Positions 12,618 to 23,865 of a stretch of DNA of 64,000 nucleotides are shown here, piece by piece. How positions within the stretch are numbered: position 1 is the first letter of the stretch; each line of letters starts with the position of its first letter. The DNA lies in NCBI GenBank assembly GCA_965240325.2, contig OZ251249.1:248001-312000 (forward strand), given 5' to 3'. This stretch comes from Rebecca billardiae RCC1528. Lineage: Eukaryota > Protista > Haptophyta. The notes under the pieces are model-generated. The model ran no database searches, was not told the origin of the DNA, and worked only from the letters and a program-made list of their open reading frames with translations. The translations under genes were made by a program, and so were the position numbers.

Positions 12618-13036
12618 GCGCCCAGCCCGAGGCGCGGCGCGCCCTACCGGGCGCCGGCCGTGCCACCGACCTCCATCGCCCCCGGTTGCAGGGTGAGCAG
12701 CTGCGGTTGAAACCCCCGCGACTTTCTTCATCCTTTTCTTGAATTCATGGTATTCTGAATTCATTTTCTGAAGAGGAAAAGAAATCATCATCATCGTTGA
12801 TGAGCCTTCGGCATTAGTCCGGAGCTCGGCTACTCCCAGCGCCGGACAGCAGGGCCGAGGCCGAGCCGAGAGCACACCAGGGCGCAGCAGGTGGGAGGGA
12901 TCCGCCCGGCCTCGGCGAGGGCCGCGCCCCGCACGGCGCGCATCGGACCCCGAGCCACGGCCCGCGTCGCACCCACGCCCTCCCCCGCCCCCATCCCGCC
13001 CGCCCAACCCGCGCCGTACGCCCGCGCGCGCGCAGG

Positions 13037-13747
13037 ATGGGCCGTGTCGCGGACGCCCTCGCCAAGATCCGCACGCCGGAGGTGCTCGAGGTGCGAGGCA
13101 GCCGCGCGCGCAGGCGCCGCGCGCGCGCGCGCGTGCGGTCTTGCGGGCACTCCAGGCCCATCTCGCCGCGCTCACCCGCCGTGCCGCCCGCCCCGGCCGC
13201 GCTGCGCACGCGCGCGCCGTGCGTGCGAGCAGGCGCAGGCGTCGCAGATGGCTAAGATGACGCAGGCGGGCAGCGCGGCGGCGGCGGACGCGTCCGCGCA
13301 GTCGGCGCAGGTGTTCAAGGAGCCGTTCTTCAAGGTGCTCAAGGGCGAGGGCCCGCTCTCCAACTACGCCTGGTTCCGCAACTACCACGCCAAGTACTTC
13401 GTCCCAGGTCGGCTCGCGCCCCTTACCCACATCTGCCTTTTCCTTGGCTGCCTCGGCTATTCGATGGAGTACGCGTACCACTTGCAATGTGCGCGCGTGC
13501 GCGGGGCCGCGTGGACGCGCGCGAGGCCGACGCGTCGCGCGGGCGCGCGCGCGCCGGGGCCGGCCCCGCGGGCGCGCGGTCCGGCCGCGTGCGCCGCGGC
13601 GCCGTCGGGGCGAGTCGGCGGCCATGGCGCGCGGCGCGGCGCGCGCGGCGCGCGTGCGGCGCTGACACGCGCCGTGCGCCACCGTGCGCCGCCCTCGCCC
13701 GGTGCGCAGACGAGCGCCACGGCGTGCGCGACTCGCACGGCCACTAG
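13037..13747 (+). CDS. Mitochondrial F1Fo ATP synthase subunit f-like protein; exons 13037-13090, ~13233-13488, 13710-13747
   Basis: The spliced product ends ...WFRNYHAKYFVPGRLAPLTHICLFLGCLGYSMEYAYHLQYERHGVRDSHGH*. This matches the plant/protist subunit f pattern (NYHAKY....PL.H.....TM....H-rich tail). Both introns are GT-AG. Confidence 0.7.
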
Positions 13748-14604
13748 GCGGCGCGCCGCACCAGCGTGCCTGCCGGAGCGCGCGCACGGCGCAGCGGGCC
13801 GACAGCAGCGCCAGCGCCCGGCCACCTCGCCGAGCCACGGCGCTGCTGTGGCTCCGCGCCGCCAGGCGCCCCCGCGCGGCGGCGCCTGGGCCCGGCAGTG
13901 GCGACGGAATCGCCGCGGTTCCGGCGCACGCGCGCGAGCCGTCTGTTTGCGGCTTGCGACTCTGCGGGCGGCCGCTGGCAGCGCATGCCGCACCGTGGAG
14001 TCGGTCCACGACGCCGCAGCTGATCGGGGCGCCGGTCGGAGCTGACGTCAGTCATGCTATTGCTGACGCGTCGACCACGCCACAGACGATTCCAGTCCGA
14101 CGTCGCCGCCCGATGGCGATGCACACGGCTGTCATCTTCCACCGTCGGCTCAGGCGCCGGCAATGCACTGCCTGAAGCCGTTGGCGACAGTCGGTCACCG
14201 GTCAGTCACATGAAAGTGGCACTAAGTGCGCCGCCGCAGCACGCTGCAAGGCACGGCCACAGGCGGGCCGCCCGGAATTAATAACCGGAAGGACGCGGGG
14301 ACGGGCGGGCGCGCGGTGCCTCCTCGTTGTGTCGTACGACTACGAGTAATATTATAAAAGCCGCGATGCGAAAATGAATGGGCCCACTACTGACCACTGC
14401 TGACCAAGGCTGCATCGGCTGCAAGCCTGCAACCTGCTGGTGATACGGCGGTAGCTGGTTCGGGCAGGCGGCGTCGACGGCATGGCCGCCGCCCGGTGCT
14501 AGCCCGGTAGCGTCTTGATCGTGCGCCGGCCCGCCGCACCCCGGGCAAGCGTGCTGCCATCGTGCCCGCGGCGCACGCGAGCAGCGCGGCCGCGCGAAGC
14601 CACG

Positions 14605-16743
14605 ATGATGCTCGCACCGACAAGACGGACAGCGGAGTCATCAGCACGCCCACGCCGCGCTGATGCTCGCGGCCGCGCGCGACCTGCCGTGCCGGCACCG
14701 CCACCGCCGCGGCCGGCGAATCGCGGGCCGCGAGGTGTCGCCTGCGCGCGCGGTGCTTCGTGCACCGCCCGATCCAGCCGCACGGCGCCGAGGCTCGTCG
14801 CCACCGCCGCGCGCCGGGCACGACGCTGCGACGGCTGCGTGCTGCCGCTGCTGCTCTTGGGTGTGAGTTTGTCTTTGCTCGTCGGTGCTGAGGCCTCGGC
14901 GGTGGCTGCAGAGGACTCGCGGGCCGCACCGCTGCCGGCGGCGGCGTCTGACCGCGTCGCGCGGACGGCGCGGAGCGCGGCCCCGCTGCTCGAGGGCGCG
15001 TTCGCCGCGCAGCACACCGCGCAAGCGATATTCAACGCCTCCTCCGCCGAGGCCGCCGAGGCGGCGTGCCAGGAGCCGCTGCGCTACGCCGGACTGCTGG
15101 ACAGGCTGGCAGCTGGCGGAGTGCTGCCTGGTGCGCCCGAGCGCGCGGCCGCGCCCGCGACGGCGCTTGGTGCCGGCGCGGTCGCGGCGGCGGCTCCGTC
15201 ATCATCGGCCTCGCCCTCCGCCTCGCATGGGCGCAACGCCACGCACGCGCCTGACCCGCCAGCAGCCGACGTGTCCGCCCGGACCCGGCAGGGGAGCAGC
15301 CCGCGCGCGGAGCAGGCGCCGCTCGACATCGCGGTGGTCTTCCACGGCCGTTACAGCGGCATGCGCTACGGCCACGTCTGGGAGTACGTGAATGCGCTGT
15401 ATTGCGCGTGCGCGCTGCCGCGCAAGCTGGGCGGCTGGCGCTGGCTCGTGCGGCTGCTGCTGCCGGCCGGCCCGCCCGGCGGCGCGCTCCTCGCGGAGGC
15501 GGAGGCGCTGCTGCACTCGCCGACGCAGTACGGCCTCGCGGTCGAGCGTCACCCGTGGGTCCCCTACTGCGTCGGCGGCGCTCAGTACCGCCAGTGCCAC
15601 AGCCACGGGGCCGCGCCGCCCGGCGCGCGCGCGCGCGTCGTCGTCGTGCTCGGTCTGGAGGAGGGGCCCCGGCGGCTGCGCGGCCGGGCGGCGGAGTTCC
15701 GCGGAGACTCGCTGCGCGTGCTTGGCCTGCTGCCGCCGCAGGCTGCTGGCGGTGGCGAGGACGAGGGGCGCCGCGCTGGCGGGAGGGGCGGCCCGCGCGT
15801 GCGCACTGCGCCAGCGGGCCCGCCGCCGCGCTCGCCGGCGTCGGCCGGCGCGCGCCAGCCAGCTGCATCCCACCGTCCCCACGCCGGCACGGCGCCGGGC
15901 GGCGTGGAGCCGGCAGCTCACCCGTCGCCGGGCCCCGCCGCGGCACCGGCGGCGGGCGCCCCCGATCCTCGGCCGACCCTGCTGTACGTGCGGAGCGCGC
16001 GCTGGACGAACGGCCGGCGCGTGGCCGACGAGGAGGTCCTAGTCCGGGCGCTGCGCGAGTGGAGCGCGCGCGCGCACGGGGCGCGCGTGCGCTTCGAGGC
16101 CGTGCACGCGCACGCCGTGCCCGGCGGGCTGCGCGCCGAGCTGCGCCTCTTCGCGGGCGCGGCGGCGGTGGTCAGCCTCTTCGGCAGCGCGCTGCACAAC
16201 TGTCGCTTCATGGCGCCGGGCGCGGTCGTCGTCGAGCTGCACGGCGCGCTGCACGACGACGGGGGAAGCCACTACCAGTACACGAATCTGTGCGGCGCGG
16301 ACGCGCAGCTGCTGCACGCGCCGTATGCGGTGCGCCCGCGCCGCCGGCGGCGCGCCCGCGACGGCGGGGGCGACAACGCGTCCGGCGGCGAGCTGCTGCG
16401 CAGCAGCGCCGGCGAAGCCAACTCGCCCCACCTGGCGGTGGTCGACGTGGAGGACGTCGTCGGTTTCGTCAGCCGCTTCTTCCCGCCCGACCCGTGCGCG
16501 GCGCCGCCGCCGTGGGGCTCGGTGATGCGCGAGTACTGGTCCGGGCTGCGGGAGATGGGCGTCGGCCGCGGGCTGAAGCGGCCGATGAGCACGCCGCCGC
16601 ACTACAGGCGCGTCGTGCGGCGGCTGGCCAAGCGACGCTCGTGCCCCGAGGCGGCGTACAGCTATCAGCATCAGATGCTCGGCATGCTGACTGGCTCCGC
16701 TGCTGCCGGCGAGTACTCAGATGCAGGCAATCGCGGGCAATAA
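14605..16743 (+). CDS. Glycosyltransferase family 61 (DUF563)-like type II membrane protein
   Basis: An N-terminal hydrophobic segment (VLPLLLLGVSLSLLVGA) precedes the GT61 signature LYVRS....GRRVADEEVL ... LRLFAGAAAVVSLFGSALHNCRFMAPGAVVVELHG. Confidence 0.7.
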   Translation: MMLAPTRRTAESSARPRRADARGRARPAVPAPPPPRPANRGPRGVACARGASCTARSSRTAPRLVATAARRARRCDGCVLPLLLLGVSLSLLVGAEASAVAAEDSRAAPLPAAASDRVARTARSAAPLLEGAFAAQHTAQAIFNASSAEAAEAACQEPLRYAGLLDRLAAGGVLPGAPERAAAPATALGAGAVAAAAPSSSASPSASHGRNATHAPDPPAADVSARTRQGSSPRAEQAPLDIAVVFHGRYSGMRYGHVWEYVNALYCACALPRKLGGWRWLVRLLLPAGPPGGALLAEAEALLHSPTQYGLAVERHPWVPYCVGGAQYRQCHSHGAAPPGARARVVVVLGLEEGPRRLRGRAAEFRGDSLRVLGLLPPQAAGGGEDEGRRAGGRGGPRVRTAPAGPPPRSPASAGARQPAASHRPHAGTAPGGVEPAAHPSPGPAAAPAAGAPDPRPTLLYVRSARWTNGRRVADEEVLVRALREWSARAHGARVRFEAVHAHAVPGGLRAELRLFAGAAAVVSLFGSALHNCRFMAPGAVVVELHGALHDDGGSHYQYTNLCGADAQLLHAPYAVRPRRRRRARDGGGDNASGGELLRSSAGEANSPHLAVVDVEDVVGFVSRFFPPDPCAAPPPWGSVMREYWSGLREMGVGRGLKRPMSTPPHYRRVVRRLAKRRSCPEAAYSYQHQMLGMLTGSAAAGEYSDAGNRGQ

Positions 16744-17269
16744 GGACGAGTTGTCACCACGTAATCACGCGCGTTAGTAACCGCGGTCGTTATTACCGTA
16801 CTACAGCAGTTATTATTACAGTGACGACTGGACCGTCTCACTCCGTCTGATGGGCTTGGAGCTGGTACTCGACTCAGTCACTACTCCGAGTGTGACCAGT
16901 CAGTCAACGTGAACCGGTCCCGGAGTGTCGGAGTCGGCCCAGCATCACGGCCGTACTGATGTCGAGCGCCACCCGCACGCAGACTCAGCCGCGCATGGCG
17001 GTAATATGTAACCGGCGCAATCAGCGTGCGCCATATCAATCATCGGACACGCCGAGGCTGAGTGCAGTACGTGCCGGCGTGAGCGCCGTGCGCCGGCGCG
17101 CTGCGACCGCGCCGTGGCACTGAAGACCGCATAAGTGCTTCTACTGTAAGACAGACGACGAGGTGCGTGCAAGCGCGTGCCGTGCCGCCAACTCCCTCGT
17201 GCGTGGGCGCGATCGGGGGCCTCCCACCCCGGCCGGCGCCGCGAGCCGCTCATTCCACCCGCCATTCAT

Positions 17270-18472
17270 TTATTCCTGCGCCGCGTCGACGACCTTGCCG
17301 GTCGCCTTCTCGTACGCCTCGCGGATCTTGAACGAGCAGAGCGTCTGGAAGAAGCCCGTGCCGTTGTCCGAGCCCGGCGCGTCCTTGGCCTTGAGCAGCT
17401 GCTGCGTGAGCTCGCCGTAGAACTTGGAGCCCGTGTTCGAGATCGCCGACTCGACGTACACCAGCTCGTCGATCTTGTCGAAGCGGCCGTCCATCTCGAG
17501 GACGGTCACCTCGTTACCCATGTACGTCTCCGGGCCGTACGCGAACTTGATGCCCGGGTACTGGCAGGTGAGCTTCTTGCCGCACGGCGTCCACTGGATG
17601 GTCGAGTCCTCGTCGAAGAGGAACGGCGCGCTGATCAGGTCGAGCCCCGCCTTCTGGATGTACCGCACGCGCAGGAACTTGCCGTCCGGGTCGTCGACGA
17701 GCTGCGTGGGGAGCACCTCAATCACGATGTCCGCGTCCGCGCGCTGCGGCGCGACGAAGGCCTCGAAGTCGGGCTTGCGGCTCTCGATCGCCGCCTTGAT
17801 CGACTCGAGCGAGTGCCCGCGCTCCTGCATGTCGCGCTGGATCTTCCACGCGAACTTCACCTCGTCCGAGATGTCGAGATAGATCGAGAGGTCCAGCTGC
17901 TCGCGCACGCGGCTGTCGAGCATCGGGTGCAGCCCCTCAAAGATGACGATGTCGGTGGGCGTGATCTCCTCGTCGGGGTCGAGCTCGCCGGTGATGTGGT
18001 TGTAGATCGGCTTCATCACCTTCTGCCCCGACTTGATCGCCGCCACCTGCTCCGCCATCAGGTCCCACTTCTGGCAGTCCTTGTGCAGCGCGGTGATCTT
18101 GTTCTCCGAGCGGCCGGTGCGGTCGTACAGGTGATAGTCGTCGAGGCAGATGACGGTGGTCGAGTCCGAGACGAGCGTGTTCGTCTCGCGACCAATGTCG
18201 AGCAGCTTCGTGTCGCCGCCGAAGATGTTCGTCAGCCGCCGCATGAACGTCGACTTGCCGCAGCCCGAATCCGCCGCCACGCCGACCACGAACGACTTGG
18301 TGCCTGTCGCGGTCGACATCACAACTGTGCAGAGGCGCACGTCCGCCGGGGCCGCGACGCGCGAGGCCGGGGCGACCGGTGCGGACCGGCGGAGCGCCGA
18401 GCGCGAGACTGCAGAGTACGCCGACGCCTGGCATGCCAGCGCCGCGGCAAGCGCGAGCATGAGGAGACGCAT
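17270..18472 (-). CDS. PRK: Plastid-targeted phosphoribulokinase (class II)
   Basis: Conserved motifs VVGVAADSGCGKSTFMRRLTNIFGG, VICLDDYH, KFAWKIQRDMQERGH and GSDNGTGFFQT. The signal peptide ends in ASAY (ASAF-like) and is followed by an Arg/Ala-rich transit peptide. Confidence 0.97.
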   Translation of the reverse strand: MRLLMLALAAALACQASAYSAVSRSALRRSAPVAPASRVAAPADVRLCTVVMSTATGTKSFVVGVAADSGCGKSTFMRRLTNIFGGDTKLLDIGRETNTLVSDSTTVICLDDYHLYDRTGRSENKITALHKDCQKWDLMAEQVAAIKSGQKVMKPIYNHITGELDPDEEITPTDIVIFEGLHPMLDSRVREQLDLSIYLDISDEVKFAWKIQRDMQERGHSLESIKAAIESRKPDFEAFVAPQRADADIVIEVLPTQLVDDPDGKFLRVRYIQKAGLDLISAPFLFDEDSTIQWTPCGKKLTCQYPGIKFAYGPETYMGNEVTVLEMDGRFDKIDELVYVESAISNTGSKFYGELTQQLLKAKDAPGSDNGTGFFQTLCSFKIREAYEKATGKVVDAAQE

Positions 18473-18843
18473 CCTGCGCGCGCGGCGCCGGCGCGGCGCG
18501 GGTGCGGCGAGGGCGAGCCGTGAGCGGCGGCCGACGTGCGCGTCGTGGGCCGCGGGGGGCGTGCGCATGGCGCCGCGCCGAGCGGGCCCCGCGCGAGGCG
18601 CACTCCGCCCGCGCTCGCCCCGCGCGCGCCGGCGCATGCGTACATGGCGAGCGGATTCGTCTGCCGAGCCTTGATGAAGCCGCGGCCGATGACGACGGAG
18701 ATGCATCAGGCGGGCGCGCGCGGCCGGATCGGCACGATCCTCAGATTTCGACGAATCTCCAAGCCCAGCGCTCGCTTGGAGATCGCGCCAGATCTAATCG
18801 CTTCGAGTTTTCGAGAGCGCGCGAATTTACAAATTATTGGGCG

Positions 18844-19176
18844 ATGGCGGCCGCCCGGCGCCTGGCGGTGGCCGCGCTCATGGTGTGCGCGCTCGTCCCC
18901 GCGAGGGCACTCGAGCCGTCGTGGACCGCGGAGCTGCGCCAACGGCGAGGCGAGGAGGAGGCCTGCACCACGGGCGCGCCGCCCTCCTCGGCGCGAGGCG
19001 CGCACGGGCGCCGCTCGCGCCGGCGGCGCAAGTCGTGGCTGCAGATGTTTGGCATCGTGCCCGGCGACGGCGAGGAGGCGCCAGCGTTCAAGCTGCCGAA
19101 GCTGTCGGTGGGCGATGCGCTGATCGGCGTGTTCGTCGTCATGATCGGTGGCATCCTCCTCGGCGGGCAGATTTGA
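18844..19176 (+). CDS. Small hypothetical protein with signal peptide and C-terminal TM
   Basis: Begins MAAARRLAVAALMVCALVPARA and ends in a hydrophobic C-terminus (ALIGVFVVMIGGILLGG). It is divergent from PRK across a short AT-richer spacer. Confidence 0.5.
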   Translation: MAAARRLAVAALMVCALVPARALEPSWTAELRQRRGEEEACTTGAPPSSARGAHGRRSRRRRKSWLQMFGIVPGDGEEAPAFKLPKLSVGDALIGVFVVMIGGILLGGQI

Positions 19177-20471
19177 CGCGTCGCGCCTGCCTTTGCACGA
19201 AGGTGATAAACGCCCAGCTGCCTGGAGCCGCCCGGAGCCAGCGGGTCGGCCTGTGCCCACCTGGGCTCGGCGACGCGTGCCGCGGCGGGATGGAGGCGTA
19301 CGGCGACGCGTGCTGCTGCTGCTTCCGCGACGACGAGCGCGCACGGAGCCTCGCATCGTCACTCTCGAGGGACGTCTGGCGCGCGACGATCACGCGCGGC
19401 CGCCTCGTGACGTCGCGTGCCAGGCGTCACTCGTCGCCGCCGTCAGCGACAGCGGGCAGGACCGTGGCGAGTCGGCGAGCCGATCGATGCGGATGCTGCC
19501 GACCATCACCATCCGGAGTGGTCATGGTCAGCGAGTCAGCAGCGGGCCGCTGGGGGCGCGTCAGCTGGCAGGGCCACCGGTGGCTGCTTGCTGCCCATGG
19601 GCGCAGGTGGTTGGCACAGCGCCCGCAGTCCACAGCCGTGAGCCGGCCTGCCGCCGGCGTGTGTCTGTGAGCGTATCTCGGCATCAGCAGCAGCGGCGGC
19701 GCGCAGGGTCCGGCTGGACCGGCCCGCGCCATGGCTCCGGACTCCGGGCTCGGGTTGGCACCGGACCGGCGGACACGGGCGGCTGCCGAGTGGCCTTACG
19801 CTGTCACATGACCGAGGCTGGCGCCTCGGCCGCTTGGCAGTTCAGGCGGCGGAGTGCGCGGGGACGCGGCGAGCCGCCAGTCGTCCGGCCGCCACTCGCG
19901 ACGACGTGGCCATCCGATGACCCGCGGTCAGCAGCGTTGCCGGGCGCCCGCCATCTGCCGACAGCCGCGATTCAGGGCGCCCTGAATCTCGTTGCAGCGA
20001 GTGGATGACGGCGTGGAGGCGTGCGGACTGTCACTAGCAGCTGGCACGCGCGCACGACCGCGCGACGGCACGCGGAGTCGGTTTTGAGTGCTTCTGACGG
20101 CTGGGCCGGGTTCCAGGACATATTTGTGGGTAGTGCCTTCGCAAGCGCCTTGCTCGTCAGACACCTAAATCGCATGGTGTTGTCGAAAATCACATCATCA
20201 AATCAGTGATGGGCTCAGCCGCTGGGCCGATGCCATTGCCGCCGCCGCCCGCCGCAAGTGCGGCATGGCCGGCCATGGACCCCCTACTGATGTCGATCGA
20301 TCTGAGCCTGAGGTCTCCGCGGACGAGTAACTGGGCACTGGCGACCGGAGTCTGACTCACTCAGAGTCAGACTCTGCATCGGAGTGAGACTCTGACGAGG
20401 CGCGAGATTCTGATGACGACTACGATTCAGATTGAATGAGAGATTGGCTGAGCACTGACTAGTGCTAGTAA

Positions 20472-20990
20472 CAGGCAATCGCGGGCAATAAGAAGTCATC
20501 AGAGATCTCACGGCTAGTCTCGTTTTCTTAGCCGTTCGGTAGCTCGAGCGCCTACGGAGTCTCAGTTTCTTAGCTAGGTCCGCCCGCCGCGCAGGCGCGG
20601 GGGGCGCAGGGGGTGAGAGCCCCCCGCTGAGTCTTTAGGCCCGGCCGGCGATAAGGCCGAATAAGAAAACTTTGGGCCATCATTTTGCTGGAGCAAATCT
20701 GGCATGATGTTGCATGGATGCTGCTGCGCGGTGCACTGGCCAGGAGTCAGTCATCAGGAGAAGTCGGGACTTGGCCTGTACTCGTAGTCGGGCCGCGCGC
20801 CGCGTCCCACGGGCCGACTGCGCCTCGGCGGACCACTCGTCAGCCGCGACGACGTAGTCCCGGTTTCTTAGTCTGACTATGCGTATAGCGAACCAGCCAA
20901 TCGCTAGTCTCAGTTTCTAGGCCAGATCCGCAGATGGCAAGCCCCAGTTTCTTATTAACGTGACAGCTCCTTATTGCCCGCGATTGCCTG
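20472..20990. mobile_element. MITE family A, copy 1 (21-bp TIR CAGGCAATCGCGGGCAATAAG)
   Basis: Perfect 21-bp terminal inverted repeats. The internal sequence is colinear with copy 2 at 41022-42336, and there is no coding capacity. Confidence 0.85.
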
Positions 20991-21505
20991 AGTAGCTAGT
21001 AGACTCTACTGCGTCTACAGCGTCAGCCGTCGGACGATTCTTGATTGATTAACTGGATCGACTCTTGAATTATTTAATGACGACGACGACGAATGAGTCG
21101 AATGAGACGAATGACCGTCGGAGGCTAGAATCGGAGGCGTCGGACTACTCGGACTCACGGATTGCGCGCGCGCTAGCTATACGTCGTATAACGCGCTGAC
21201 CGATTCGCCCCGGCCGCCGCCGGCCCCGGCCGCCCGGCGCCCCGGGGCGTAGTGACTAGTGTGAGTGTCCGACGCACGCGTCCTCAGTAGTAGTGAGTAC
21301 TGTATGATATGAGCCAGCAGTCTGAGATCGACTCGCGACTCGTCGCGCGACTAAGAAGCGGCGCGGCCTGAGGCTGAGGCCTGTGCCCGTGGGCGTGGGC
21401 GTGTGCGCCGCAGACAGGTCGGCGCCTGACGCAGCCGACAGACAGGCAGACTGCCGCACGTGGCCCGCTGCTGCCGCCAGCCGCGACGCCCTCCGGCGCA
21501 GCCCG

Positions 21506-22405
21506 TCATCTCGCGAAGTGGAGCTCGCCGTACACGGCCTCGGCGATCTCGTGCTCGAGCAGGCGCGTGAGGTCGCGCGCGATCGCGCTCGAGAGCAGCC
21601 GCCACAGCACCGGCGGCGGGTGCTCCAGCGTCTCGTCTGTGGCCTGGCCGACGTGGACGGAGAGGACGGGGTTGCGGATGCGCATGGTCACGTTGGTCAC
21701 CTCGGGGATCACCGCCAGCACCGAGCCGCAGCTCACCCGCCCGCCCAGCCGGCGCAGCGCGCCGAGCGACAGCTCGCACTTCCACCGCGTCGTCAGCTGC
21801 ACGTCGCGCATGACCGACGCAACCACAAACTTGACGCGCACGGGCGGCCCGAGGCGCAGCGGGCCGATTCGGAAGGCGGCGCTGAGCTCGACGAGGATGG
21901 ACGCGCGCAGCTCCTCCACCTGCGACGTCACGTTGAAGTGCGTGTGGTCGTCCGCGACCACGGCGAAGTCGGTGAGCGTGTTCATGCCGGCGACGGTCAG
22001 GTTTGTCGCGTTGTACGAGCCGATGACCGCGCCGCCGTCCAGCGGCTCGTCGATGAGCTCCCACGGGTGCGAGATGAGCGAGATGCGCGTGGCGACGCCC
22101 CTGATCACCGGCCGCAGGCACACGCCCGTCGTCGCCAGCATCGATCGCGCCGGCAGCGACGTCCACGAGATCAGCTCGTCGCTCTGCGCCGCGCTGCTAA
22201 TCAGCGCGCTCGCGTTCCGCACGAGCGTGCGGCCGAGGGCGATCATGGAGACGCGCTCCGAGGGCTGCGGCGGCGGCAGCGGCGGGGGTGGCGATGGCGG
22301 GCCGTGCGCCTCCTCGCCGCCGGCGGCCACGACAAGCGCCAGCACCACGGCGTAGACATGGCGCCGCCGGCGCGAGGACGGCGCGCCGACGATCCCGGCC
22401 ATCAT
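21506..22405 (-). CDS. Hypothetical secreted/membrane-anchored protein
   Basis: Hydrophobic N-terminal segment (VYAVVLALVVAAG), a Pro linker, then a globular beta-rich region with coding-like composition. It is divergent from rpl4. Confidence 0.55.
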   Translation of the reverse strand: MMAGIVGAPSSRRRRHVYAVVLALVVAAGGEEAHGPPSPPPPLPPPQPSERVSMIALGRTLVRNASALISSAAQSDELISWTSLPARSMLATTGVCLRPVIRGVATRISLISHPWELIDEPLDGGAVIGSYNATNLTVAGMNTLTDFAVVADDHTHFNVTSQVEELRASILVELSAAFRIGPLRLGPPVRVKFVVASVMRDVQLTTRWKCELSLGALRRLGGRVSCGSVLAVIPEVTNVTMRIRNPVLSVHVGQATDETLEHPPPVLWRLLSSAIARDLTRLLEHEIAEAVYGELHFAR

Positions 22406-22623
22406 TGTGATGATCTGCTTCGTGGCGGGAGAGATAATAAGATCGCGGACGATTTTCGCGCTGCTGGGCAGCCGGCTAATCGAGAGAGTCCGGTGCTCGA
22501 GCGGGTGAGTCCGGCGCTCGCTGGACGATTCTTGAAGCCGAGCGAGCGAGAGAGCCGTGCGTGTCGCCGCGTGGTCTTTCATCTCGCTGGCAGCGCGGCT
22601 GGCTGGACGTCTCGTGGGCGATA

Positions 22624-23561
22624 ATGGCCTCGTCTCGCGCGACGCTCGCGCTGGCGTGCGCGGCGGCGCTGTGCGCGGCATGCCACGGGTACACCGCGGG
22701 CGTGGCGTCCGCGCCGCGCCGCGCGGCCGTCACCATGGCCGCGAAGGAGGTGCCGGCCTACGCGGTCGACGGCTCGTCCTCCGGCACCGTCTCGGTCGAG
22801 CTGCGGCAGTCAGCGAAGCCGATGTATGTGGTGCACAGGAAGGTGATCACGGAGCTCGCGAACCGCCGGCAGGGTACGGCGTCGACTAAGACGCGCTCGG
22901 AGGTCTCGGGTGGCGGCCGCAAGCCCTACAAGCAAAAGGGCACCGGCCGCGCGCGGCGCGGCTCGACTCGTTCGCCGCTCATCGTCGGCGGCGGTGTGAT
23001 CCACGGGCCAAAGCCCAAGGACTGGTCGATCAAGATGAACAAGAAGGAGCGGCGCGTGGCGACCGCCTCGGCCATCATGGGCGTGCTCTCCCGCGCCATC
23101 ATCGTCGACGACATCGAGTCGCAGTTCACGCGCGCCAAGACGGCGGACATGACGGCTCTGCTCAAGCGGCTGCCGCTGGAGCAGGACTCGGCCGCGCCGC
23201 CCAAGGTGACGCTCATCACCAAGGATCGCGTACGCGCACGCGCGCGCGCGTGGGGCGCGCGCGGGGATGCGCGCTGCGCGGGGGCGGCCCGCGTCGTGCA
23301 CGCCTGCCGCCCGCCCTCAGCCCGCCTTCGCGCCCTGCCCCGCGCGTCTGTGCGCGCCGGCGCCGCGCGGCCGCCCTGTCGGACGCCTGTCGGACGCGCG
23401 CGCAGTCGGAGAACGTCGAGCTCTCGGGGCGCAACGTGGCGAACCTGGCGATGCTCACGATGAGCACGCTGAACGTGCACGACATTCTCGGTGCGGGCAA
23501 GGTCGTCATCACCAAGTCGGCCCTCGCGGCGATGCAGGAGCGCTACCCAGTCGCCGCCTGA
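22624..23561 (+). CDS. rpl4: Nucleus-encoded plastid 50S ribosomal protein L4; exons 22624-23229, 23406-23561
   Basis: RQGTASTKTRSEVSGGGRKPYKQKGTGRARRGSTRSPLIVGGGVIHGPKPKDW is the uL4 core. The protein has a bipartite N-terminus. The GT-AG intron 23230-23405 restores KDR-SENVELSGRNV. Confidence 0.93.
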
Positions 23562-23865
23562 GCAGAGGTGGGGCAGAGATGGGAGCCGCGCGAGGCCGCG
23601 TAAGCAGCGCGCGGTTGTCATCTTGATGATTGATCTGACTGACTCCGAACGACAAACTGAGTGGACGTCGTGTGTCCGCTCGGCGCGACTGTCGAGCTGC
23701 TTGCCGATGCCCGCGGGCCGTTGCAGTGGCTGGGACACCGGGCTGCCACGCGCCCGTAGCCGGCTCGTAGTTGAGGACGTGCGGCAATTATTTACTGCCT
23801 GCAGTTCTGCTTTTCAAAAAACCGAGCGGGCGGGTTTATTCCAAAATTCGAGTGCACAGCTGGGG

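Noticed and set aside
12618-14009. N-terminal half of the 1208-aa ORF
   Set aside because: It overlaps the ATP synthase f gene antisense and the AT-richer divergent promoter; the real gene likely starts at 12617.
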